Shown: positions 49,238-60,436, counted from the stretch's first letter. The stretch: 64,000 nt of DNA from an uncultured Clostridium sp. (GCA_948465565.1 CAOJXR010000008.1:778-64777); one strand, 5' to 3'. Numbers and translations are program-made. The notes: generated by a model from the sequence alone, not told the origin.

Positions 49238-50629
49238 ATGGAAAATATTTTAATTAAAGATTTGTATAGAAATACAGAGAAATATTTAGATAATGAAGTC
49301 CAAATTTCTGGTTGGGTTAAAACTGTTAGAGATTCTAAGAACTTTGGATTTATTGAAGTAAATGATGGTTCATTTTTCAAAAATGTACAAGTTGTTTTTA
49401 CTGATAGTCTTTCAAATTTTGAGGATGTTAGAAAACTTACTATTTCATCTTCTATTATTGTTATGGGTAAACTTGTAAAAACAGAAAATGCTAAACAACC
49501 ATTTGAAATCCAAGCTACAACTGTTGAAGTTTTTAATGTTGGAGCTGCTGATTATCCGCTTCAGAAAAAGAGACATACTTTTGAGTATTTGCGTACAATT
49601 TCACATTTACGTGCACGTACAAATACTTTTAATGCTGTATTTAGAGTTCGTTCAGTATTATCTTTTGCAATTCATAAATTCTTTAATGAAAGAGGATTTG
49701 TTTATGTTCATACTCCAATAATCACTTCTAGTGATGCTGAAGGTGCTGGAGAAATGTTTACAGTTACTTCTGCTGATTTAAATGATTTGCCAAAAGATGA
49801 AAAAGGATTAATGGATTATGCAAAAGACTTTTTTGCAAGACCTGCTCATTTGACTGTTAGTGGCCAGTTAGATGTTGAAACATATGCGTTTGCTTTTAGA
49901 AATGTTTATACTTTTGGACCAACTTTTAGAGCTGAAAATTCTAATACTGTAAAGCATGCTGCTGAATTTTGGATGATTGAACCTGAAATCTGTTTTGCTG
50001 ATTTAAAAGATGATATGAATTTGGCTGAAGATATGCTTAAATATGTTATTAGTTATACTTTAGAAAATGCACCAGAAGAAATGGAATTTTTCGATAAATT
50101 CGTTAGCCCAGGCTTGCTTGATAGATTAAATCATGTTATAAATTCTGATTTTGGTAGAATTTCATATACTGATGCTATAAAAGAACTTGAAAAGAATAAT
50201 GATAAGTTTGAATTTCCTGTTACTTGGGGTACTGATATTCAAACTGAACATGAAAGATATTTAAGTGAAGTTGTTTTTGGAAAACCTGTATTTGTTACAG
50301 ATTATCCAATGGATATCAAAGCTTTTTATATGAAACAAAACGATGATGGTAAGACTGTTGCTGCTACTGATTTACTTGTTCCTGGTATTGGTGAATTAAT
50401 TGGTGGTAGCCAAAGAGAAGATGATTTAGAAAAATTAGAGCGTAGAATGGATGAACTTGGACTTAATAAAGAGGATTATTGGTGGTACTTGGATTTACGT
50501 AGATTTGGAAGTATTACTCACTCTGGTTTTGGTCTTGGTTTTGAGAGATTGATGATGTATGTTACTGGTATGCAAAATATTCGTGATGTTATTCCTTTCC
50601 CTCGTACTCCTAAAAATTGTGAGTTCTAA
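49238..50629 (+). CDS. asnS: asparagine--tRNA ligase
   Basis: 463 aa class IIb aaRS. N-terminal OB ([21 protein letters not shown]), motif 2/3 context ([30 protein letters not shown]). Confidence 0.95.
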   Translation: MENILIKDLYRNTEKYLDNEVQISGWVKTVRDSKNFGFIEVNDGSFFKNVQVVFTDSLSNFEDVRKLTISSSIIVMGKLVKTENAKQPFEIQATTVEVFNVGAADYPLQKKRHTFEYLRTISHLRARTNTFNAVFRVRSVLSFAIHKFFNERGFVYVHTPIITSSDAEGAGEMFTVTSADLNDLPKDEKGLMDYAKDFFARPAHLTVSGQLDVETYAFAFRNVYTFGPTFRAENSNTVKHAAEFWMIEPEICFADLKDDMNLAEDMLKYVISYTLENAPEEMEFFDKFVSPGLLDRLNHVINSDFGRISYTDAIKELEKNNDKFEFPVTWGTDIQTEHERYLSEVVFGKPVFVTDYPMDIKAFYMKQNDDGKTVAATDLLVPGIGELIGGSQREDDLEKLERRMDELGLNKEDYWWYLDLRRFGSITHSGFGLGFERLMMYVTGMQNIRDVIPFPRTPKNCEF

Positions 50630-50661
50630 GCGTTAAATGAGAAGCATCATCTTGCTACGTT

Positions 50662-50723
50662 AAAACGGATATTAAAAGCGGTTACATATTTATAATGCTC
50701 CCTTGCTTTTAATATCCGTTTTT
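50662..50723. terminator. bidirectional terminator between convergent asnS and pheT
   Basis: 18-bp perfect stem AAAACGGATATTAAAAGC/GCTTTTAATATCCGTTTT, nested inside an outer AATGAGAAG/CTTCTCATT repeat. Confidence 0.8.
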
Positions 50724-50765
50724 CCTTGCAATATAATACTTCTCATTCAATCTGTTTGCAGATAA

Positions 50766-53135
50766 TTATCTCAATTCTGCCTTAATATCCTTCTCTAATC
50801 CTGCAATAATTTTATTCATAACTTCATTTATTTCCTCATCAGTAAGAGTTCTGTCTTGTTTTCCAAATGTTAATGAGAATGAAATACTTCTCTTGTCTTC
50901 ATCAATGCCTTTTCCAGTATATACATCAAATACTTCTTGGCTTTCTAATAATGAACCTGCTGCTTTTTTAATTTTCATACCTATTTCTTGTGCTGAAATC
51001 TTTTTATCAACTACAATGCTTAAATCTTTTTTAATATTTGGGAATTTAGATATTTCCTTGTATTTCATTTTTCCAACTTTTTTAGCAAGTAATTTGTCTA
51101 AATCTATTTCTAAAATAAATACGTCTTCTGTTTCTACTTTAGGATGAACTTTTCCTATAAAACCTACAACGTCATTATTTACAGATATAATCGCGCTTTG
51201 TCCTGGATGCATTTGGTCAGCTATTTTGTTATTATCTCTAACAAAACTATATCTTCCACTATATCCTAAATAGTCTAGTATTTCTTCTGCAACACCTTTT
51301 ATAACATAAAAATCAACTTTTCTTTTCTCAATTCCTGTATAATAATCTCCTGTCATTAATGCAGCTAATTTTTGTGTTTCTGTATATTCATCACCTTTCT
51401 TTTGGAAAGCTTTTCCTAACTCGAATATTGAAACATCTTTATTATTTCTCGCCTTGTTATATTCATATATTTTATATAATGCAACAGCTACACTGTGTCT
51501 TAATGTATTTTTATCCTCTGACAATGGTGCCAATAATTTGACTGATTCGTAATCGTCTTTAGTAAACATTTTAGCGTCTGCCTCTGGTACTAATACATAA
51601 GATAATGTCTCATTTAATCCTAAATCAACCATTTTATTTCTAATTTGTCTTGAAGTTTTATCATAACTTCCCTTTTTAGGAGCTATATCGGGCAATTTTC
51701 CTTTTATATTGTTAACTCCATAAATACGTCCTACTTCTTCAATCAAATCTTCCTTGATATCTATATCAATTCTTCTTTTTGGAACTTTTACTGTAATTAC
51801 TTCTCCATTTATAGAGCTTGTAAATCCAAGCCTTTCAAAAACATCGATAATCTCAGCTTGCTCAATTTGCATACCTAAAATATTGTTAATATTTTTAGCT
51901 GTAATATCAATTGATTTATCTTCTTTATTTGTTGTATCATATTTTGCAAGATTCCCTACAACTTCTGCATTTGCGTATTTTTCTAAAAGATTACAAGATC
52001 TCTCTATTGCCATATATGTTCTATTTGAATCTAAACCTTTTTCAAATCTATTACTTGCTTCACTTCTTAATATTGAATTTGATGTTCTTCTAACTTTTAC
52101 GCTATCAAATATAGCAGCTTCAATAATTATATTTTTTGTTTTATCAGTTATTTCTGTTTCTAGTCCTCCCATTACTCCTGCTAGACCAATAGCTTTTTCG
52201 CCATCTGAAATAACTATATCTTCTTTTTTAAGAGTTCTTTCAATATTATCAAGCGTTGTTAGTTTTTCTTCTTCATTAGCCATTCTAACTTCTAGGCAAT
52301 CTTTTAAGCAATCTGCATCATAGAAATGCAATGGTTGACCTGTTTCTAGCATTACATAATTACTAATATCTACAACATTATTTATTGGTCTTATTCCTGA
52401 TGCAATAAGTCTATTTTTTATAAAATCTGGACTTTCTTTTATTACAACATTTTTAACCTTCTTCGCTAAGAAGATTGAACAATTTTCTGTATTTACTTTA
52501 ACATTGAAAGTATCATTAATATTCTCACTATTTTCCTTGTATGACAAATCAATGTCTTTTACTTTTTTATTATAAATTGCACCTATTTCGTAAGCCATTC
52601 CTAGTATGCTTAACAAGTCCCCTCTATTTGCTGTTAAGTCAAAGTCAATAACAGAATCATCTAATTTCATATATGCAATTGGGTCTTCTCCAATTGGTGC
52701 ATCTATTGGTAATTCATGGATTCCAGCTTTGTCTTCTTCTCTTAAGAACTTACTTTCTAACCCAAGTTCTGCAAGGGAGCAAATCATTCCATTTGATTCA
52801 ACTCCTCTTTTTAAACATTTTGTTATTTTTCCACCTGGAAGCTGTGCTCCATCTTGTGCAACTATTACTTTTAGTCCAGTTCTTACATTTGGTGCTCCAC
52901 AAACTATATCTAAAATTTCACTTCCTACATCAACTTTGCAGCAATGCAAGTGGTCAGAATCTGGGTGGTCTACACATTCTTTTACTTCACCTATTATAAG
53001 TTTTGTTGCATTTATAAGCTTTGTTGCTTCATCGTATTCATTTCCTGCATTTGTCATATCTTCTGCAAGTTTTTTTACATCTATATTTTCATCTAAATCA
53101 ATATAGTCTTTTAAAAAATTAATACTTAATTTCAT
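50766..53135 (-). CDS. pheT: phenylalanine--tRNA ligase beta subunit
   Basis: [15 protein letters not shown]-terminus. The start at 53135 overlaps the pheS 3' end. tRNA-binding, B3/4, B5 and FDX-ACB domain order is consistent with the length. Confidence 0.95.
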   Translation of the reverse strand: MKLSINFLKDYIDLDENIDVKKLAEDMTNAGNEYDEATKLINATKLIIGEVKECVDHPDSDHLHCCKVDVGSEILDIVCGAPNVRTGLKVIVAQDGAQLPGGKITKCLKRGVESNGMICSLAELGLESKFLREEDKAGIHELPIDAPIGEDPIAYMKLDDSVIDFDLTANRGDLLSILGMAYEIGAIYNKKVKDIDLSYKENSENINDTFNVKVNTENCSIFLAKKVKNVVIKESPDFIKNRLIASGIRPINNVVDISNYVMLETGQPLHFYDADCLKDCLEVRMANEEEKLTTLDNIERTLKKEDIVISDGEKAIGLAGVMGGLETEITDKTKNIIIEAAIFDSVKVRRTSNSILRSEASNRFEKGLDSNRTYMAIERSCNLLEKYANAEVVGNLAKYDTTNKEDKSIDITAKNINNILGMQIEQAEIIDVFERLGFTSSINGEVITVKVPKRRIDIDIKEDLIEEVGRIYGVNNIKGKLPDIAPKKGSYDKTSRQIRNKMVDLGLNETLSYVLVPEADAKMFTKDDYESVKLLAPLSEDKNTLRHSVAVALYKIYEYNKARNNKDVSIFELGKAFQKKGDEYTETQKLAALMTGDYYTGIEKRKVDFYVIKGVAEEILDYLGYSGRYSFVRDNNKIADQMHPGQSAIISVNNDVVGFIGKVHPKVETEDVFILEIDLDKLLAKKVGKMKYKEISKFPNIKKDLSIVVDKKISAQEIGMKIKKAAGSLLESQEVFDVYTGKGIDEDKRSISFSLTFGKQDRTLTDEEINEVMNKIIAGLEKDIKAELR

Positions 53136-54174
53136 TTTCTTCATCCTTTCTATCAAATTGTTTTAAAAATCTAACGTCATTTTGATAAAGTAATCTAATA
53201 TCTGTTATTCCATATTTAAACATTGCTAATCTGTCTAAACCTACCCCAAATGCAAATCCAGAATATTTGTCTGGGTCGTATCCATTCATTCTTAATACGT
53301 TTGGATGAACGATTCCTGAACCTAAAAGTTCTATCCAACCTGTTTGTTTACATAGATTACAACCTTTTCCTCCACATTTAAAGCAAGTTACATCTACTTC
53401 ATAAGATGGCTCTGTAAATGGGAAGTAGCTTGGTCTAAATCTTAGTTCTGTGTTTTGTCCTAGCATTTTTTTCATGAATACTTCTAATGTTCCTTTTAAA
53501 TCTGCTAAAGAAATATTTTTATCAATAACTAATCCCTCAACTTGATTGAATTGATGAGAGTGAGTTGCATCATCTTCTCTTCTAAATGTTTTTCCTGGTA
53601 CAATTACTCTAATTGGTGTTTTCTCTTCATTTGCCATCATAGTTCTTGCTTGAACTGCTGATGTTTGTGTTCTTAGTAAATGCTCTGTGGTAATGTAGAA
53701 GCTATCTTGCATATCTCTTGCTGGATGTCCTTTAGGAAGATTTAATCTTTCAAAACAATATTCATCTGTTTCAAGCTCTGGTCCTGAAACTACATCATAT
53801 CCCATAGATACGAATAAGTCTTCAACTTCTTCAATTACTCTATTTAAAGGATGCTTACTTCCTCTTTTTATTTTTTGACTTGGAAGTGTTATATCTATTT
53901 GTTCTTTTTCTAATTTTTCTTGTAACTCTAGTTCTTGTAACTCCTTCTCTTTCTCAGATATTTTTTCTTCAAGTTCGTCCTTACATGTATTTACTAATGC
54001 TCCGATAATAGGTCTTTCTTCTGGAGATACACTTCCCATTCCTCTTAATACGCTTGTTAATTCACCTTTTTTTCCTAAGTATTTAACACGTATGTCGTTT
54101 AATTCTTTTAAATCTTTTGCTGCACATATTTTTTCTAAAGCTTCATTCTGAATTTTCTCAATTTGTTCTTTCAT
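53119..54174 (-). CDS. pheS: phenylalanine--tRNA ligase alpha subunit
   Basis: 351 aa. Class II motifs ([34 protein letters not shown]). Confidence 0.96.
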   Translation of the reverse strand: MKEQIEKIQNEALEKICAAKDLKELNDIRVKYLGKKGELTSVLRGMGSVSPEERPIIGALVNTCKDELEEKISEKEKELQELELQEKLEKEQIDITLPSQKIKRGSKHPLNRVIEEVEDLFVSMGYDVVSGPELETDEYCFERLNLPKGHPARDMQDSFYITTEHLLRTQTSAVQARTMMANEEKTPIRVIVPGKTFRREDDATHSHQFNQVEGLVIDKNISLADLKGTLEVFMKKMLGQNTELRFRPSYFPFTEPSYEVDVTCFKCGGKGCNLCKQTGWIELLGSGIVHPNVLRMNGYDPDKYSGFAFGVGLDRLAMFKYGITDIRLLYQNDVRFLKQFDRKDEENEIKY

Positions 54175-54221
54175 GTTTTCCTTTCCCTCCTATATTTTCT
54201 AGGTAGTATTTTTGCAATAAA

Positions 54222-54425
54222 ACAAAAAAACATTTCAATCCCGAATAGGACGAAATGTTTCGTGGTACCACCTAAATTTATTAATTAAATAATTAACCTC
54301 TTTATAGCTGTAACGGAGCAACCGGTTATATTTTTGTATAACATCTCCAAAGTGAAACTTCGATTTAGAATATATAATAAGCTCACAGCGTAACCACTTA
54401 TTTTCTCTTTCTATATTTTGCCTAA
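54222..54425 (-). promoter_or_regulatory. T-box leader (tRNA-Phe sensing) with terminator/antiterminator
   Basis: On the minus strand: an AGAGA box and GCTGTGAGC stem I elements, a UUC triplet in the expected specifier region, and the T-box sequence AGGTGGTACCACG. Then comes the terminator AAACATTTC...GAAATGTTTTTTT, immediately 5' of pheS. Confidence 0.85.
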
Positions 54426-54502
54426 ATCTACTTAGCTTTTTCATTGATTTTATTTATGACTTTTTTATTTTAACACCATTTTTAGTTTTTGGCAATAGTA
54501 AT

Positions 54503-55426
54503 TTATTTAATACTTGAAATTAACCATCTTCCATTATATGTACTAAATTCAACTTTCATTGTCTTTTGTTCTGACTCTACATTGTCAACTTTTGTAATAT
54601 ACCATATTTGTATTGCAGGTCTTCCTTTTGTATCCAATTTTTTATAACTTTTTATTTCATAATCTTCACGAGGTTTTTCTATATTAGTAACATGTGTTAT
54701 ACCATTTGAAGGTTTGTATATATTTTTATATTCACTTGCAAAAAAATCTTTTGTTATATAGAATTGAAACTCATTTCTAATAGCTTCATAAGATATATCT
54801 GTTTGTATGAAAGTTGCATCATTATTTTTAGGATATCCTGCAAATTTTTGGTCAGTTACTAGTCCAAAGGTTTCTAGTAATGATTGCGGACTAGACATAG
54901 CAATTGACTTATATCTTAAGTATCCTTTTATTTGTCCTACTTGAGTTTCTACATCAAATTCTACTGCTGGTTTAGGAGTTTTTGTTTCAGTTTGATTTTC
55001 TGCAATCTGGTTTGTATTAGCATTATTTGAAGGTGCTTTTGTAGGCTTTAAGTATAGGTATGAAATAACTCCAATTATAATTACTAATATGATAAATAGT
55101 CCAACTAATACAGATAAATTGATACTAAATATTTCTACACTTTCTTGTTCTTCTTCAATTTTTTCTATTTTCTCTTTTTTATCTGATTTTGTTTTTGTTT
55201 CTTTTTTAGGTTTATTTTTTGAAGTTGTTTTTTGTTTTTCTTCCTTGATTTCTTTTGATTTGTTTTCTTTCTTTTTAGTTTCCTTTTTTATCTTCTTATC
55301 TTCTTGCTTTTTTGTTTCTTTCTTTTCAGCCTCTTTGTCTTTTTTCTCACTTTCTTGTTTTTTATTCTCTTTTTTTTCAGCTTCTTCTTTCTTTTTTTGT
55401 TTTTTCTTTTCTTCAGTTTCTTTCAA
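54503..55426 (-). CDS. membrane protein with Lys/Glu-rich cytoplasmic N-terminus and an extracytoplasmic C-domain
   Basis: About 95 aa of KKE/KKQ low complexity, one TM (LSVLVGLFIILVIIIGVISYLYL), then a roughly 190-aa globular domain. Confidence 0.6.
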   Translation of the reverse strand: MKETEEKKKQKKKEEAEKKENKKQESEKKDKEAEKKETKKQEDKKIKKETKKKENKSKEIKEEKQKTTSKNKPKKETKTKSDKKEKIEKIEEEQESVEIFSINLSVLVGLFIILVIIIGVISYLYLKPTKAPSNNANTNQIAENQTETKTPKPAVEFDVETQVGQIKGYLRYKSIAMSSPQSLLETFGLVTDQKFAGYPKNNDATFIQTDISYEAIRNEFQFYITKDFFASEYKNIYKPSNGITHVTNIEKPREDYEIKSYKKLDTKGRPAIQIWYITKVDNVESEQKTMKVEFSTYNGRWLISSIK

Positions 55427-55442
55427 ACCTTAATCTCCTCCA

Positions 55443-56228
55443 CTAATCTTCATTATTAATTGCTTCATTGATTGTTTTAATTAAATTATCAGAAAGATAC
55501 TTTTCATTGATTCTTTTTACATTCTTCTCTTGTTCGTATTTTTCAATTCTGCTTTGAACATTTGAAAAAACATTTTTCTGAATCATCTTATAAGGATTTA
55601 TTTTTCCAAAAAAGAATTTTGTTGCCTTTGAAAATGCTCGTGGACCTTTAATATCTCTTTGAAGTTCTTGTGCTTCAGTTTCCATTGCAACTCCAACACT
55701 TTTTTCTTTTTCTTCACCTTTCTTTTTTATTGTTGGTTTTAGTCTACGCACTTTTAATTCACTTTTAGCTAATTCATCTTCGATATCGCAAATTTTTTCT
55801 CTTATTTCATCATCACTATTGTCTGCTTTTTCTCTTGCAACATCTTCTTCTTTTAACAATTGGTAGATTTGTTTATACATCTCCATTTGTTTTTTTTCTT
55901 CTTCTACAATTTTTATATATCCTTGAACTATGTTTGAATCATGATAATTTGTAAGTTTTACTAGGTTATCTTCAAACCTTTCCATAAGTTCTTTAAATTC
56001 ATTTTCTACATTATTATATTTTTGAGGATTTTCCAAAACTTTTTTGTTTATTGAATTTATTCCATAAGTTATTGCTACATTTTCATTTTCAACTTTTTTT
56101 GCAATACTTTCTTTACTTTTACTATATTCAATTGCTGCAGATATTAATGCTGCGCTATATGATAATTCTTTCCATTTATCCAATAAATCATCAAATTCTT
56201 TATCTTTCTTCTCCACTCTTTCCACCAA
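55443..56228 (-). CDS. coiled-coil hypothetical protein
   Basis: 261 aa, highly charged with heptad-like stretches. No motif recognised. Confidence 0.5.
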   Translation of the reverse strand: MVERVEKKDKEFDDLLDKWKELSYSAALISAAIEYSKSKESIAKKVENENVAITYGINSINKKVLENPQKYNNVENEFKELMERFEDNLVKLTNYHDSNIVQGYIKIVEEEKKQMEMYKQIYQLLKEEDVAREKADNSDDEIREKICDIEDELAKSELKVRRLKPTIKKKGEEKEKSVGVAMETEAQELQRDIKGPRAFSKATKFFFGKINPYKMIQKNVFSNVQSRIEKYEQEKNVKRINEKYLSDNLIKTINEAINNED

Positions 56229-56241
56229 GTTTCAAACTCCT

Positions 56242-56382
56242 TTATTTTACTAATTTTTTTAATTCTTTTCTTATTTTCATTTTTTCTTTTTCAACATGGT
56301 CTAAAAGACTTTCAAGTTCTTCTGATGTCATATGGTCTAAATTAAACACTTCTTTATTAAATGCTATTGTTCCTAAACTCAT
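56242..56382 (-). CDS. small (46 aa) hypothetical protein
   Basis: Not in the ORF track. Hand translation gives MSLGTIAFNKEVFNLDHMTSEELESLLDHVEKEKMKIRKELKKLVK. It has a GGAGG RBS and appears translationally coupled to the next gene. Confidence 0.4.
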   Translation of the reverse strand: MSLGTIAFNKEVFNLDHMTSEELESLLDHVEKEKMKIRKELKKLVK

Positions 56383-56442
56383 TTTTCCTCCTATATAATG
56401 TAAGCGGACTATTAATTTGTTTCGTCCGCTTAAGGTTTTATA

Positions 56443-57495
56443 TTATATATTAACTGCCTCTTTTTTCTCTCCGTTTGTTTTTATTCTGTAAATTGTGTAG
56501 TAATAAGGTGAATTTTCTACTTTATCTGTGTAATAAATCCAATTTCCTACAACACAAATGAATACATTGCTACTTTCTAAATCAACAATTTTTTCTTTTT
56601 TCTTTCCATTTATTTTCATTTTGTAAATTGCTTGTTCTGAACCATCATTTACAGCATAATATATTGTTTTTTCGTATATGTTAAATGTCTTAATTTTTTT
56701 ATCTATAACTTCTGTATCTGTTTTATCTTTTAAGTTTAATTTCATTAAATGTCCATTTGATTTGCTTATATAATACACATCATTTGATACAATTTGGAAA
56801 GAAACAATTCCATTCTCAAATTTTTCAATTCCTGAACCATCTTTTTTCATTCTCTTAAAATCATCATCTTTTGTTGTATAATATATAAATTTACCTGAAA
56901 TTTGGAATTTCTCTATTTCCTCATCTGCTAATTGTTGTCTTTTTTCTCCATTTATTTTTATTTTTTCTAATTTATTATCTGTATTTGTATAATATATCCA
57001 TCCATCACTTACATTCAAAGAACTATTTCCAATTGATGTTGTTTCTATATTATCTACAAGAACTTGTTTCTTTTCTCCATTAGGTTTCATTTTAACAACT
57101 TGTCTAATGTAATTTCCATTTGCTGATTTGTTAATTGCCAAATAATACAAATAGCCTTTATACGAATTCACTGATTTTACATATTCATCTGTTGTAATTA
57201 GCTTTGATTCATTTTTAGAAGTAATTTCATATAATCCTTTTTCTGATGCTTTTTTTCCTGAGTCAATTAGGGTATTACTAATGTATGCTTTACTGCCTTT
57301 TCCTACTGCAAATCCTTCGTTGTTTAGGTTTCCTATAACCTTACCAGCAGTATTTGAATTTAGACCAAATATTATTGATGTAGCTATTGTTATTACTATT
57401 ATCGCAACTATAGCTATAGCAATAATTATTATAAATTTTCTCTTTTTTTCATCTAGATTTTTAAAATTTTCAGAAACCTTTTTTAGAACTTCCAT
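56443..57495 (-). CDS. membrane-anchored beta-propeller protein (DUF5050-like YYT repeats)
   Basis: TM anchor, then about 6 repeats of the type G(W/F)IYYT...L.K(I/M)K.(D/N)G..K. Confidence 0.65.
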   Translation of the reverse strand: MEVLKKVSENFKNLDEKKRKFIIIIAIAIVAIIVITIATSIIFGLNSNTAGKVIGNLNNEGFAVGKGSKAYISNTLIDSGKKASEKGLYEITSKNESKLITTDEYVKSVNSYKGYLYYLAINKSANGNYIRQVVKMKPNGEKKQVLVDNIETTSIGNSSLNVSDGWIYYTNTDNKLEKIKINGEKRQQLADEEIEKFQISGKFIYYTTKDDDFKRMKKDGSGIEKFENGIVSFQIVSNDVYYISKSNGHLMKLNLKDKTDTEVIDKKIKTFNIYEKTIYYAVNDGSEQAIYKMKINGKKKEKIVDLESSNVFICVVGNWIYYTDKVENSPYYYTIYRIKTNGEKKEAVNI

Positions 57496-57572
57496 TTTTA
57501 TTACCTCTCTTTTTCTTTTGCATGTATTTATTATATCTATAATATAAAACTAATGTCAACAAATTGTATCAA

Positions 57573-58577
57573 TTATTTTAAGTACATTACTACTCTAAAT
57601 CCAATATTTAAATCTGCTACGTCTTCCGATGTTCCTCTGGTGGAAATTGGATAAGTGTCTCCTGAATTCCAATATCCTCCACCTCTACCTATATGATATT
57701 TTTCATGGTCACCATACTCTTCTGTAGTGTATTCCCAAGCATTTCCGCCCATATCATATATATTATTTATTTTCCATCTATCATTACTTCCTGTTTCAAC
57801 TACTTTATTTAATCCATCACTACTATTTTGATAATTACCGTATACAGTAGAATCATCTACATTTATTTCTGCTTTTTCCATCCAAATACAAGTCGTATCC
57901 CAAGCATAACTATTTACCAAATCTGTTTGAAAATAGTCGTTTTCGATATACATAGAACTTGATAATTTCTTTGCCTTTTCCCATACGACTTGGGTCCATG
58001 GCAATACGTTTGCTTTTGAAACTGGCAAGTCATTATCATCTTCTTTTCCAGCTTCAAATCTTGCTATATAAAATCCATTATATTTTTCTACAGATTTATC
58101 AAAATCTGAATTATATGAATTTATATCATTCAAATTTAATTTTTCAATTTCTTCTAGGTCTGTGTCCTCGCCATTATGTTCAAAAAGTATTCTTTCATAC
58201 TTTATCTCTTCATTTACTGGTATCCATACAAATTGGTTTCCGTCTTTGTCTTCAATTACTGCTCCTGTTTTAAATTCACCCTCTATATATTTAAATGTTG
58301 GTGGAACTGGTAATTTCTCTTCTTCTGAGATTTCTACAAATTCAATTTCTCCTTCAATTTTTTCTCTCGGGTCTGTAGTTTTACTTGAAGGAACGTTTTC
58401 TACAGTGTTTTTATTTTCCTCTGAAACTTGATTTGAGGTTTTGTTTCCCATAGAAAAATTTATTGATTTTTTTTCATTTTTATTACTTAATACTACTAAT
58501 AATATTAATATTAGTAAAATTAGAGCTAAAACTATAGCTCCTACTGTTATCATTTTTTTCTGTATATTTTTATCCAT
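57573..58577 (-). CDS. membrane-anchored FGE-sulfatase (SUMF1/EgtB-like) domain protein
   Basis: TM anchor. The C-terminal domain has GGNAWEYTTE, RGGGYWNS and IGFRVVM signatures. Confidence 0.75.
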   Translation of the reverse strand: MDKNIQKKMITVGAIVLALILLILILLVVLSNKNEKKSINFSMGNKTSNQVSEENKNTVENVPSSKTTDPREKIEGEIEFVEISEEEKLPVPPTFKYIEGEFKTGAVIEDKDGNQFVWIPVNEEIKYERILFEHNGEDTDLEEIEKLNLNDINSYNSDFDKSVEKYNGFYIARFEAGKEDDNDLPVSKANVLPWTQVVWEKAKKLSSSMYIENDYFQTDLVNSYAWDTTCIWMEKAEINVDDSTVYGNYQNSSDGLNKVVETGSNDRWKINNIYDMGGNAWEYTTEEYGDHEKYHIGRGGGYWNSGDTYPISTRGTSEDVADLNIGFRVVMYLK

Positions 58578-58684
58578 CTATGTAGACCCTTTCATTTTAT
58601 TAGTGTTCGAAATCTCTTTGAGAAGTTTTTAATTTTATAATTGAAGAATATAACATTGAAATATTATCAACATAACTTTTTTGA

Positions 58685-59749
58685 TTATTTGGAACAGAGT
58701 ATACAATAGGTAAAACTCCGTTTTTTCATTGCTTGTAATGTATCTTTCATTGCACTTGGAGAATCACTTATATGATATAACTTTGCATTTGAAGTGGCTT
58801 TATATCTGTTTACTGCCTGTTCAAAAGAATTTAAACAAGTAATATCTACATCATTTTCACTTCTTTCATTTAATGCTTTTTGAAAATCTTGACTAGATTT
58901 TCCATAGATGCAAATAGTAACCTCTTCACCAGCTTGTCTTGCTTGTTCAAGCAAATCCATAGTAATGTCTAATTTATCAAAATTTATACTATTATCATCT
59001 GCAGATATTGCAATCCATTTTCCACTTTCAGCAGAATCTAATTTTTCTTGTGCTACTTTATATAAATTCATCCATTCTGCTCTTTTTGATAGTACTTCAT
59101 CAGGTAATTTTATTCCCGCAAGAATTAGCTCTTCAATATCTTTAGTAATATTAAAATATCTATTTCTTTCTTCTCTTGTTTTAGCTGCTAAAAATGAATT
59201 TTGCCAAGTTCTATCAACAAAGTATGTAATGAATAAACTCCAAAAGGCTTCTCCAACATAATTATGGGCAGTTTTTTCTAGACCAATACCATACATTTCT
59301 GGTTCAAATCCATATTCTAAATAGAACAATGCTTTTCTATATGTTTGGACTGGCGAAACAATACTTATAATTCTATCTATATCTTCATCTTTCGCTATTT
59401 CTGCAGCAACAAGACATTCATCTCCAGAATTATAAACACCATCTTTTTTATATTTTCTATTTGATTCTTCTGAACGAATACTTTCTTCTGGTATACCATG
59501 TTCAACTAAGAAGTTTCTTCCTGCTTCACTTAATGGAATTTTGTCAGTTTGCCATTCTCCATTTACTTTTATACTATGTAGACTACCTGGGACATAAATA
59601 ATTGGTTTGTTTCCATTTTTCTTTTCTTTTTCATATATTTGTAGCGCTTTTTTCAATCGAAGTTCAAATTCTATTTGTGGCTTTAATCCATCAACTAGTG
59701 GATGTTGTGCAGCTACTTCAATTAATACTTTATTATTTTCTTCTGGCAT
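58685..59749 (-). CDS. YdcF/DUF218-like protein (C-terminus probably frameshifted)
   Basis: The central region resembles DUF218 (IIYVPGS...GIPEESI..E..S...IISIVSPVQTYRKALFY). The annotated tail RSFTYCILCSK* follows an A6 run. The -1 frame stays open for about 39 more codons, to 58600. Confidence 0.5.
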   Translation of the reverse strand: MPEENNKVLIEVAAQHPLVDGLKPQIEFELRLKKALQIYEKEKKNGNKPIIYVPGSLHSIKVNGEWQTDKIPLSEAGRNFLVEHGIPEESIRSEESNRKYKKDGVYNSGDECLVAAEIAKDEDIDRIISIVSPVQTYRKALFYLEYGFEPEMYGIGLEKTAHNYVGEAFWSLFITYFVDRTWQNSFLAAKTREERNRYFNITKDIEELILAGIKLPDEVLSKRAEWMNLYKVAQEKLDSAESGKWIAISADDNSINFDKLDITMDLLEQARQAGEEVTICIYGKSSQDFQKALNERSENDVDITCLNSFEQAVNRYKATSNAKLYHISDSPSAMKDTLQAMKKRSFTYCILCSK

Positions 59750-60038
59750 TTTTTTCAGTCTCTTTCCAATAATCGTGCGCTTCTTGCATATTTATTTTGC
59801 GATTTGATAATAGTAGTGCAAGCTCACACTCTAATCTTTCTAATTCTGATTCATTCATTTGTGGATTTTTTAACTCATTGATTTTTGTATTTATCAATTC
59901 ATCAATTTTAATTTCTGGAATATCTTTTAAATTTAGTGTGATTTCTTTTATTAAATCTTCATTTAATAATTTTTTCTTAAATTCGTAATTTGAATTTAAA
60001 ATTTTCTCTTTTATTATGTCATGTTCTGTATTACTCAT
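59733..60038 (-). CDS. hypothetical helical protein
   Basis: 101 aa ORF that overlaps the next gene start by 17 nt. No motif. Confidence 0.4.
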   Translation of the reverse strand: MSNTEHDIIKEKILNSNYEFKKKLLNEDLIKEITLNLKDIPEIKIDELINTKINELKNPQMNESELERLECELALLLSNRKINMQEAHDYWKETEKNARRK

Positions 60039-60073
60039 AATACTTCCCCTTTTTATTTATTAAAGAAAATTTT

Positions 60074-60423
60074 TGGTGGAGATGAGGAGAGTCGAACTCC
60101 TGTCCAGAATTTTATTCCTATAAACTTCTCCGAGTGCAGTTTGTTATTATTATTCATTTCAAATATCATTAACAAACAAACGATTTTGAAATATATCTTC
60201 TAAACTCCCTCTATTAGCGAAGAAATAATAGATTCGTTTCCTACTAGTCGGCGCCTTATCTTAAGCCGTAGGTTGCTAAAGTAAGACGTTGCTGCAATTA
60301 GGCAGCAAATGCTAATTCGTTATTATCAGCGTTTATTTTTAATTTGTACCTTTTTAGGTGGCCAGGTACATCCACCACTCGCTATTTATAGTTCAAAAAA
60401 GCTGTCGAAACCTTTACATCCCC
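60074..60423 (-). ncRNA. ssrA: tmRNA (SsrA)
   Basis: The minus-strand 5' end is GGGGATGTAAAGGTTTCGACAGC. The 3' end is GGACAGGAGTTCGACTCTCCTCATCTCCACCA (T-arm, acceptor and CCA). An internal tag frame reads ...ADNNELAFAA-TAA. Length is about 350 nt. Confidence 0.95.
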
Positions 60424-60436
60424 ATAATACTTTTTT

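Noticed and set aside
1307-53106. Long + strand ORFs antisense to well-supported genes (e.g. 1307..1864, 36411..37019, 38735..39391, 51754..52323, 52606..53106)
   Set aside because: Each mirrors a minus-strand gene with strong motif support. Their products are Leu/Phe/Ser/Ile-rich low-complexity strings without RBS, typical shadow ORFs in AT-rich DNA.
54235-54444. 69-aa ORF upstream of pheS
   Set aside because: It overlaps the T-box leader, including the AGGTGGTACCACG box and the terminator hairpin, so it is not coding.
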